Shown here piece by piece: positions 37,754 through 45,009 of a stretch of DNA of 64,000 nucleotides. This DNA is from a virus (taxonomy: Duplodnaviria > Heunggongvirae > Uroviricota > Caudoviricetes). Numbering within the stretch: position 1 is the first letter of the stretch; every line of letters begins with the position of its first letter. The translations under genes and the position numbers were made by a program. Below the pieces are notes generated by a model, which made no database searches, was not told the origin of the DNA, and saw only the letters and a list, made by a program, of their open reading frames with translations. Location of the stretch: the IMG/VR virus record IMGVR_UViG_2706795377_000001, positions 52,360 through 116,359 of that record. One strand, 5' to 3'.

Positions 37754-38122
37754 TTACTTTCCCTCCTTTAACTCATTCAGTACTTTAATAAGTTCTGAAC
37801 GGAATACATCAATTTCATCGTGCCAACCACCAATTCCTAATGCTCCTTGCGTTAGGCGATGTTCAAGGACTTCAATGTTTGTTTCATCTGGTTTCCATTG
37901 ACCTTCAAGACCAAAGCAAGAGCAATGACTTCCATTGACTTCATACAACTTACCATCCTTACGGAATAAGACAAACGCATCCCCTTCACAACTATCGTAT
38001 GTGTAAGATGCAAGAAGAATCTCTACATCTTTCAGTTCATCACCTCGAATCTGGAAGTCGTCTTTCAACAATGCTAGTCCCCAATTAGTTTTAGCCCAAT
38101 CATTTAAGTAAATAGCTTCCAT
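37754..38122 (-). CDS. Hypothetical protein
   Basis: 122 aa ORF. Confidence 0.4.
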   Translation of the reverse strand: MEAIYLNDWAKTNWGLALLKDDFQIRGDELKDVEILLASYTYDSCEGDAFVLFRKDGKLYEVNGSHCSCFGLEGQWKPDETNIEVLEHRLTQGALGIGGWHDEIDVFRSELIKVLNELKEGK

Positions 38123-38409
38123 TAGCCGATTCCTCCTATAACTAGTGTTTTTGTTGTGCTGTTTCTTGCCTTCTTGAAAACATCTTTAAGATATAGAGTC
38201 ACACATTCAATCTCTCTCTCAGTTTTGCCACTACCATTTTTGAAGCCTTTTATCAGAGCAATCTTAACATCTTCAAAATCCTTGCCTTTGCGATATTCAA
38301 AGATGCCTTCAATCCGCAATTCTAATTCGGCTCTAGTCCGAATGAATCCAAACATGATATGTTCAGCTAAAGACTCCAAATTAGTAGGTCTAAAACTCAA
38401 ACTTCTCAT
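38122..38409 (-). CDS. Hypothetical protein
   Basis: 95 aa ORF. Confidence 0.35.
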   Translation of the reverse strand: MRSLSFRPTNLESLAEHIMFGFIRTRAELELRIEGIFEYRKGKDFEDVKIALIKGFKNGSGKTEREIECVTLYLKDVFKKARNSTTKTLVIGGIG

Positions 38410-38543
38410 CCCCTCTGTTTTGAAAGATTTCTTTTACAGCTCCATCTTTATCTGCTTCAATAAAGAGCCTTTGACAAATCTTGTCGTTTATCATAAAGCT
38501 TCCACCACTATTATTCTGTGAAAAATCATAGAATTGTGTCATG

Positions 38544-38876
38544 TTATTCCTCTAATATTCCTTTACGGGTAGTTCCATAAGAGATAACATCAACGCCCAT
38601 TCTACCTAATTCATAATAAAGTGATGCAAGTTGTTTTGCGCTATACATAAAGCCATCATCCAAAACAACCGTAACGACTCTACGACCAGCGAATTGATGT
38701 TGTATATTTCCCTTCCCATCAATCAAGCGATTTTGAAGGTGTTTTGGATAAAAGTCAAATAATGATTTATTTGGAAGAATACAATAAAGCTTTTCATCAA
38801 ACTCCATCAATGACCTAACAATCGTTGTCTTTCCAGACCCTCTCTCCATATCGTAAACTTGAATCATCAGTATCAT
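38544..38876 (-). CDS. Small P-loop NTPase-like protein
   Basis: 110 aa with a Walker-A-like ERGSGKTT. Confidence 0.35.
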   Translation of the reverse strand: MILMIQVYDMERGSGKTTIVRSLMEFDEKLYCILPNKSLFDFYPKHLQNRLIDGKGNIQHQFAGRRVVTVVLDDGFMYSAKQLASLYYELGRMGVDVISYGTTRKGILEE

Positions 38877-38971
38877 CTCCCATCATCAATAAAACACTTC
38901 TTTCATTTAGAAAATAACATAGGACTTTATTAAGTTTTTGTTGGTGTTTAAAAATCGGATTTAACGATTTT

Positions 38972-39295
38972 CTAGCGTTTCATATTAATGCTACCACCAG
39001 CATCAACATCTCCACCTACATTCATGCAGTTTACAGAACCACCAGCATCAACTGAACCATTCACGTTGCCACACTTGACACTTCCTCCTGCATCTACATT
39101 TCCCATCACATTTCCCTTGACTGTTGCAGAGCCATCAGTCTTCAATGAAGCCAAGTCTCCAACAAAAGAAATTTCTACATGACCAAAAAGACCTTCTGCG
39201 ACCATTTTATCACCAACAAACACTTTGTTGTTAACGATGGAGATATTATTCCCTTGAACCGAAAACGAATTTCCATTGATAATAATTGTATTCAT
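38972..39295 (-). CDS. Bactofilin-like (polymer-forming beta-helix repeat) protein
   Basis: 107 aa with the repeats GNVMGNVDAGGSVKCGNVNGSVDAGGSVNCMNVGGDVDAGGSI typical of the bactofilin/DUF583 fold. Confidence 0.45.
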   Translation of the reverse strand: MNTIIINGNSFSVQGNNISIVNNKVFVGDKMVAEGLFGHVEISFVGDLASLKTDGSATVKGNVMGNVDAGGSVKCGNVNGSVDAGGSVNCMNVGGDVDAGGSINMKR

Positions 39296-39313
39296 ATTAG
39301 CCCTCCCAATTGT

Positions 39314-39622
39314 TTAAGATTTTTCCTCTTCTATTTCGATATATAGTTGTTTACTTTCTGAATCAAAACATTGTTTGTAGAAATTGTCCTCAGTAGCTTC
39401 AACGTCATAAACGAATATCACTATTTCATCTTCTGTAAATTTGCACAATCCAATTGCATTGGTGATGCCGATACTCTTACGAACGCTCTTGCATAATGCT
39501 TTGTAGCCTTTTCTGTATAAATCTTCGTTCATTCCTTTTAGTTCACCAATTTTCTCATAATGAATAAGAAGATTTTCGTCTGTACTTGTATAATACTCTT
39601 GATTTGCATATACTCTTTTCAT
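39314..39622 (-). CDS. Hypothetical protein
   Basis: 102 aa ORF. Confidence 0.35.
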   Translation of the reverse strand: MKRVYANQEYYTSTDENLLIHYEKIGELKGMNEDLYRKGYKALCKSVRKSIGITNAIGLCKFTEDEIVIFVYDVEATEDNFYKQCFDSESKQLYIEIEEEKS

Positions 39623-39635
39623 GTTTACCCTCCGA

Positions 39636-39923
39636 TTATTGTTTATTTAAGAAATAGATTGTGTTTCGTGTTGTTACTATAATCAAATCTTCATTGACAA
39701 TATCGACATCAAGAATTAAGGACGTTCTGATTCCGTAATTATCATCGTCGTCGTCTTTAGATAGAACCATATATGGTGCTACTCGAAGGTCATCAAGCTC
39801 AGTGGGGAACGCAAGTCGCAATCCAAATCGTTGTTTTACCCCTGTTTCAGCAAGTAACTCCCCGATATCTCCATCCTTTGGCGTTACGCCATCACGTTCT
39901 GTTGCTTTTACAACGTAATACAT
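39636..39923 (-). CDS. Hypothetical protein
   Basis: ORF-track start is 39929. The second ATG at 39923 has better spacing to the RBS AAAGGGAG. Confidence 0.35.
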   Translation of the reverse strand: MYYVVKATERDGVTPKDGDIGELLAETGVKQRFGLRLAFPTELDDLRVAPYMVLSKDDDDDNYGIRTSLILDVDIVNEDLIIVTTRNTIYFLNKQ

Positions 39924-39937
39924 TCGCATCTCCCTTT

Positions 39938-39958
39938 CACTACTTTATTTGGCTTTCG
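39938..39958 (-). repeat. Conserved element copy 11
   Basis: Plus-strand CACTACTTTATTTGGCTTTCG. Confidence 0.55.
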
Positions 39959-40679
39959 TTATGTTTTTTAGAATCATCTTGTAGATAAGAGATTCTACTT
40001 CTTGCTTAATTTCTTCGTTTGGAATCATACTTCCATACACTTTTGCAAGCTGTCTGAAATGTGCGCATTTCTGAGAAACCAATTCTTCATACTGCTCTCT
40101 GTTGTATTCACCATACTTAATATCGAGCATTCGTTGCGCTGTGGTTCCTTCATAGGTCATAGCCCATTCAAAGTCTTCAAAATTAGTGATAGCAAATCGC
40201 ACAGGGAAATCAAGAATACGATATGCGTGAAGTGCTTCTTTGGTGTTGTATCCATACTTCTCTACCAAATTCTCTGTGTCTTCTGTGGCTTTGTTAAGTC
40301 GCTTCATCTTCTCGAAGTGCATACCTTTACATGCATTGTATAGATATGGAAGATTCATTCGTACAATCTCTTTCTTCATAGCAATGATTTTGCTAATTTC
40401 TTGACTGTAGCTATTCAACTGCTTTGAGTACAGAACTTCAAGGAAATTGAGGTTTGATTTCCACCAGAGGTTCACAGCCTTGCGAATGTCATGAACATCA
40501 TAGTCCTCCTCCACTCCTATTGTATCTTTCGTATACATTTTTCCATGATACAGGTCATCGAATGTCGGAAGCACAAATACTTTGAAATCCTTGTCTGACT
40601 CAGGTGTTGCCAGCCCATAGTTGTGTGAGCCAACCAATGCTTTTAAAACTGTCTTTCTTTCATTCAGCAAACAAATCAC
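39945..40679 (-). CDS. Nucleotidyltransferase-fold protein (GS-x10-DxD)
   Basis: 244 aa. N-terminal VGSHNYGLATPESDKDFKVFV is a pol-beta superfamily NTase signature. It is the first gene of the leftward block, next to the divergent promoter region. Confidence 0.4.
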   Translation of the reverse strand: MICLLNERKTVLKALVGSHNYGLATPESDKDFKVFVLPTFDDLYHGKMYTKDTIGVEEDYDVHDIRKAVNLWWKSNLNFLEVLYSKQLNSYSQEISKIIAMKKEIVRMNLPYLYNACKGMHFEKMKRLNKATEDTENLVEKYGYNTKEALHAYRILDFPVRFAITNFEDFEWAMTYEGTTAQRMLDIKYGEYNREQYEELVSQKCAHFRQLAKVYGSMIPNEEIKQEVESLIYKMILKNITKAK

Positions 40680-40764
40680 CTAGCTTCTTTTATAGTTGGT
40701 TTCTATCTCAGCACCCTTGCTGTGCTTGATGTTTTTATTTATTTGTGTCTTTTCTCCTTTATTA

Positions 40765-40790
40765 TAGTACTTTATTTAGCTCCTGTCAAT
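40765..40790 (-). repeat. Conserved element copy 12 (variant), in divergent promoter region
   Basis: Plus-strand TAGTACTTTATTTAGCTCCTGTCAAT. Lies 85 nt upstream of the first leftward gene and about 160 nt from the RNPP-receptor gene start. Confidence 0.55.
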
Positions 40791-40951
40791 GATATTTATA
40801 TATTCTCACTCTTAATTTTCCTAAATATAATATTTAAGAATCTATAGATATTTATTACATAACTTTATTGTGCATTTACAAATATATACATTTTTGGTAA
40901 CATATTAAGAAATATCATGTTTTATTAATTTAGGAAGGGGAATATTTTGAT

Positions 40952-42244
40952 ATGGCTGAAAGTTTAACTTTCACATCATTGGGGGAACTGGTAAAAGGAA
41001 AACGAATAAATTTAGGTCTAAGCCTATCGGAACTATCTAGGAAAACTGGGGTTAGTAAAGGGATACTATCTAAGATTGAATCAGGTGAAACAAAACGCCC
41101 TGAACTAAGGAACCTTAAATTAATTGCAGATGGGTTACAGATTCCTTATGACGATGTAGTTGAGCTTTATATAGAGATTGAACATAGAATGAGCATTTTT
41201 GAGGATTTTCTTTGGGAAGCGATTGCCGTTTCTAGTCCCTCTTTGATTGAAAAAGTGGCTAGTAAGTTCCTTGAAGATTCTAAAAAAGATACCTTCGAAT
41301 CATTAGAAAGTATCTTTGTGATTGCAAATACTATTAAAAACAATGATGCTAGATTAGCACTTTACAATACTATAATTAAATATGCGAGAATACACGGTAT
41401 ACCAATGTATATAGCTAAAGGGTTATATCAAAAATATCTGATTGACAGACAGGATTTAAAACGGATGGACAAATCTTTTAAAGATGGTGAAGAAATCCTC
41501 CATTATGTCGATTTTTTATCTCATGAAGATAAAGTTACATACTACTACAAGATTTCATTACAGGCATATGCTCTAAAATACTACGATTCATGCATAACAT
41601 TAGGGAAAAAAGGGCATGAGGAAGATTGTACAGTAAACGAATTGAAAGAGCGTGTTGCTTTAGCAATTTGTAATTCTTATTTACTTTTAAAAGATTACAC
41701 TACTTTGGAAGAACACCTCTCGTTGTATGAGAATTTGAACTACACTTTCATAATTGAGCGTGTTCAATATTATCGCGCTCTTATACTTTCAAAAACAGGA
41801 AATTATGAAGAAGCACTCCCTTTACTTTGGAGATGTTTCGAAGAAGTTACAGATTACCAAAGATTGCACAGAGCTAACATGTTACTAGAAGCACTGTTTG
41901 AGATTAATGATTCTGATTCTATTCGGAGAATTATAGAATCAGAAGAGAAGAAGTTTTTAATTTTAGAAAATGAACCATTCCAGTGTTTAGAATTAGGTAA
42001 ATACTATAGGTTCAAAGGGACTTACCTTGTTAAAAATGAATCATTTGATTTAGGAATGGAGGCTTATCTTAGTAGCATTTATCACTATGGGAAAATAAAT
42101 GCTTATAAAGAAATTACGGAATGTTCAAGAGACATTTATTTTTATCATAGTTCGATGAAAAAAAACATAAGCTTTGATATGTCATCTAAATTGGAAAAAT
42201 TGTATAATTTATCTAATGACATTATAGAAAGAGGTGATAAGTAA
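40952..42244 (+). CDS. RNPP-family quorum-sensing receptor (N-terminal XRE-type HTH + TPR-like domain; AimR/NprR-like)
   Basis: 430 aa. RBS AGGAAGGGGA. HTH LGLSLSELSRKTGVSKGILSKIESGETKRPELRNLKLIADGL, followed by about 370 aa of helical-repeat sequence. Its stop overlaps the ATG of a signal-peptide ORF (TAATG). Confidence 0.6.
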   Translation: MAESLTFTSLGELVKGKRINLGLSLSELSRKTGVSKGILSKIESGETKRPELRNLKLIADGLQIPYDDVVELYIEIEHRMSIFEDFLWEAIAVSSPSLIEKVASKFLEDSKKDTFESLESIFVIANTIKNNDARLALYNTIIKYARIHGIPMYIAKGLYQKYLIDRQDLKRMDKSFKDGEEILHYVDFLSHEDKVTYYYKISLQAYALKYYDSCITLGKKGHEEDCTVNELKERVALAICNSYLLLKDYTTLEEHLSLYENLNYTFIIERVQYYRALILSKTGNYEEALPLLWRCFEEVTDYQRLHRANMLLEALFEINDSDSIRRIIESEEKKFLILENEPFQCLELGKYYRFKGTYLVKNESFDLGMEAYLSSIYHYGKINAYKEITECSRDIYFYHSSMKKNISFDMSSKLEKLYNLSNDIIERGDK

Positions 42245-42390
42245 TGAAAAGAATTTTTTGGGGCGTATCGGTATTTTTAACAATGTTTTCTTTCTCTCTT
42301 CTAGCATTAGAAAATGATAAAACAGAACACTCCACAAATAAAATTCAGCATTACGCAATAACTGTATATACTGATAATCCCGGTTATTAA
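42244..42390 (+). CDS. Secreted pro-peptide (48 aa), candidate signalling peptide cognate to the RNPP receptor
   Basis: Not in the ORF track. ATG at 42244 overlaps the receptor stop by 1 nt. RBS AGAGGTGA at 7-nt spacing. Encodes MKRIFWGVSVFLTMFSFSLLALENDKTEHSTNKIQHYAITVYTDNPGY. The arrangement matches AimP, Phr, NprX and PapR pro-peptides. Confidence 0.5.
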   Translation: MKRIFWGVSVFLTMFSFSLLALENDKTEHSTNKIQHYAITVYTDNPGY

Positions 42391-42409
42391 TCAATGAATA
42401 TTACTTTTA

Positions 42410-42437
42410 AAGAACGCTATTGTAGCGTTCTTTTTTT
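42410..42437 (+). terminator. Rho-independent terminator after the peptide gene
   Basis: AAGAACGCTA ttg TAGCGTTCTT followed by TTTTT. A second, weaker hairpin with a T7 run sits at 42474-42496. Confidence 0.65.
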
Positions 42438-42561
42438 ATGGAAAATTTATAATTCTTTGTCGAAATTTGAAGAACGTTTCATGTTCACGTTTTTTTAAGG
42501 CGAACATGCATCTTTTGGTAAAATAATACATAAGAGGAAGGAGGTGCTTATTTATTAGTGT

Positions 42562-42846
42562 ATGTTTTTCAATGATAAGAGGTGTTCCCACTGTCTCCAA
42601 ACTTACGGGAACACCTCCTCCTTAAGTAACCCTTTTGTTACTCAAACTCATTTTACCACTCACCTACAGAATGTGAAAACAGAAAATTCTCAACAGAGAA
42701 ATGATTTACAGAAGCTTATAGAACTCCTCCGTAAAGAATTAGAGATGTTGTATTACAAAGAAGGTTCATTTGTACACCCAACCGTACTACAAATGAGCCA
42801 ACAACTAGATGAGTACATCGTTATGTTTGAGAAGATTAAACACTAG
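42562..42846 (+). CDS. Spo0E-like sporulation regulatory phosphatase family protein (start uncertain)
   Basis: C-terminal 55 aa NDLQKLIELLRKELEMLYYKEGSFVHPTVLQMSQQLDEYIVMFEKIKH fit the Spo0E-family pattern, including the SQxLD signature. The ATG at 42562 lies 21 nt from the nearest SD, which is unusually far. The in-frame GTG at 42673 would give a 58-aa product. A strong hairpin lies within the 5' region at 42579-42618. Confidence 0.5.
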   Translation: MFFNDKRCSHCLQTYGNTSSLSNPFVTQTHFTTHLQNVKTENSQQRNDLQKLIELLRKELEMLYYKEGSFVHPTVLQMSQQLDEYIVMFEKIKH

Positions 42847-43033
42847 TTGGTCATTAAGAGTAGGCTGTACGGAAAACTTATACAAAGCCCATTAGGGGTA
42901 ATGATTATTATAGCCGTTTTTCAGCTATTCATGGACAACTAAAAAGAGAATATAGTGAAAATATTCCAAATAAGGTTTATAATGAAAAAGTATGTTGTGT
43001 AAATATTTCCTAAACTAAAAGGAGCGAGTAATC

Positions 43034-43510
43034 ATGAAGAGAAAAATGATTGAGGCTTTAGCCTTAACTTGCGTACTCTCTGGTGTTAGTGTTATACCTG
43101 CATTTGCCGAAGCTAATAATGTGAACCAAGTTGAAGAAAATCGAATAGTTACGAATAAATCTAGCGTTACTCCTCAAGGACTCATTCAACCTATGAAAAC
43201 TAAAAAAATACTTACCAAAGACCTAGCTAATACCGAAATGGCAGAAGAGTTTAGTGTCAATAGGAGTTATGGATGGGTCAAGGTATATGTACACAACGAA
43301 GGCTCTAAGACAATTAATATTTCAGTCACCGATGAAAACGGCAATGAGAAAATGAGCGGAAAAGTAAAGCCCGGAAAGACTTGGACGGGATATGGCGAAA
43401 AGCCTTGGGGGATTGGTGATTATACAGTTGGACTGACGTCAGGACAAGCTAAAATGTCTGGTAAACTCTCAGTTCGTATTGCCCAAAACCGAGATGAATT
43501 AGACGATTAA
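43034..43510 (+). CDS. Secreted hypothetical protein (signal peptide, beta-rich)
   Basis: 158 aa. RBS AAAGGAGCGAG. Signal peptide MKRKMIEALALTCVLSGVSVIPAFAEA. Confidence 0.45.
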   Translation: MKRKMIEALALTCVLSGVSVIPAFAEANNVNQVEENRIVTNKSSVTPQGLIQPMKTKKILTKDLANTEMAEEFSVNRSYGWVKVYVHNEGSKTINISVTDENGNEKMSGKVKPGKTWTGYGEKPWGIGDYTVGLTSGQAKMSGKLSVRIAQNRDELDD

Positions 43511-43571
43511 AGCTTACAAAGAAACTTGTAGATTCCAAATAAGCAAATCGACTATCGTTCCCTTAAACGAA

Positions 43572-43601
43572 AAACGTCCGAATTCTCAAATTCGGACGTT
43601 T
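43572..43601. terminator. Terminator hairpin between convergent transcription units
   Basis: Perfect 13-bp stem AAACGTCCGAATT/AATTCGGACGTTT, with an A-run upstream and T's downstream. Confidence 0.6.
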
Positions 43602-43693
43602 AGAATCACTTGTAAACAAAATTCACGTTTCGATTAGAGATAGGCAATGCTGAGAAAAAGTCTGAAGAAAGGTATCACCCTTCCCTTTATTTT

Positions 43694-43948
43694 TTATCCA
43701 CGTTTTGCGAACAACTCTTTGATTTTTTCATGTTGCATTCCGACAGCGCGGTCAATCTCATTCCCACTGTCATCTATTAAAATAAGAGTTGGTGTGCTTC
43801 GCACTCCTACAAGATGTGCTTTATCCATACCTTTCTCATCCGTCACAATATCAATCTTTTCATCAACTTGTTGATTAATATGTTGTAGGAACGCATCTAC
43901 CATTTTGCAAGGGGCACAGCTAGGTTGTTCAAATTTAATGATTTTCAT
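43694..43948 (-). CDS. Thioredoxin-like protein
   Basis: 84 aa with CAPC active-site motif (FEQPSCAPCKMVD). Adjacent to nrdF, nrdE and nrdI. Confidence 0.65.
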   Translation of the reverse strand: MKIIKFEQPSCAPCKMVDAFLQHINQQVDEKIDIVTDEKGMDKAHLVGVRSTPTLILIDDSGNEIDRAVGMQHEKIKELFAKRG

Positions 43949-43966
43949 GTCAGCATCATCTCCTAA

Positions 43967-44950
43967 TTATTTATTCAATAGATTATTAACAAAGGCAAAT
44001 GTGTCATCTGTCACAGGAACAACTTTGCCTTTTTGATATCCGTTGCCCTTATTGCTAAAGAAATCAAATGTCTTAGTCTCTGTAGACAATCCATTTAATA
44101 CAATGGGGTTAATTTTCTCTTCCTTGTAATAAGTCTCTCTACCTAAATTCATAAGAGCCTTATTGGCATTGTATTTAAGGAACGATTTAACTTCGTTATC
44201 AAGATTAATTCCAGAGTAAATTTCCTGTGTATAACCAATCTCGTTATCCATTAACTCATCGAGCAAACGATAAACAAGATTATCTACCTCTTCTTTCTCT
44301 TCCTCTGATAGCTCAGAATAAATTTCTTGTCCAAGCAAACCACCAAATAGTCCATGCACACTTTCATCACGAATGATTAAGTTAATAATTTCACCACTTG
44401 CAACCATCTTCCCTTGACCAGCCAAATACAGAGGGTAAAAGAAACCACTATAAAATAGGAACGACTCTAAGAACACAGAGGCTACAATTGCCATATATAA
44501 GTCTTTCTTTGTTTCAATGTTGCGGTAATATTTGTCAATGATAGACACTTTCTTTTGTAGATATTTATTCTCAGCGACCCAATCAAATACATCGTCGATT
44601 TCTTCCTTTGTGGCTAATGTTGTAAAAATTGTACTATAAGATTTTGCATGGATGCCTTCCATCATTCCCATAAAAGACAAGACAGATTTCTTAGCAAGGT
44701 CATTTATATGGTCTAAGATTTTTGGCATACCAACAGTATTTTGCTCTGTATCAAGCAATGTTAACCCACCTAATACTTTCATGTAAGTGTCTCGCTCTAT
44801 TTGACTTAGCCTATTCCATACTTTAATGTCTTTTGAAGGCACAAACTCTGTATCAATCCAAAATTGTTTAAGATTTTGCTCCCAAAATACCATTACATAA
44901 TCATCACTTTTAACATTATTCCAATTAACAGCATGGAATTGTTTCTGCAT
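43967..44950 (-). CDS. nrdF: Ribonucleotide reductase class Ib beta subunit (NrdF)
   Basis: Start revised to ATG 44950 (RBS AAGGAGTG). Product MQKQFHAVNWN...IIRDESVHG... with ferritin-like R2 ligands. Confidence 0.8.
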   Translation of the reverse strand: MQKQFHAVNWNNVKSDDYVMVFWEQNLKQFWIDTEFVPSKDIKVWNRLSQIERDTYMKVLGGLTLLDTEQNTVGMPKILDHINDLAKKSVLSFMGMMEGIHAKSYSTIFTTLATKEEIDDVFDWVAENKYLQKKVSIIDKYYRNIETKKDLYMAIVASVFLESFLFYSGFFYPLYLAGQGKMVASGEIINLIIRDESVHGLFGGLLGQEIYSELSEEEKEEVDNLVYRLLDELMDNEIGYTQEIYSGINLDNEVKSFLKYNANKALMNLGRETYYKEEKINPIVLNGLSTETKTFDFFSNKGNGYQKGKVVPVTDDTFAFVNNLLNK

Positions 44951-45009
44951 CAAAAACACTCCTTTATTTGTTTGTTTAAACGAATGAGAAGGTCTATTGA
45001 CCCTCTCGT

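Noticed and set aside
42244-42390. Classical arbitrium AimP
   Set aside because: The peptide C-terminus is ...TDNPGY, not the xxxRGA type seen in SPbeta/phi3T. The cassette is therefore called a generic RNPP receptor-peptide pair and not arbitrium proper.
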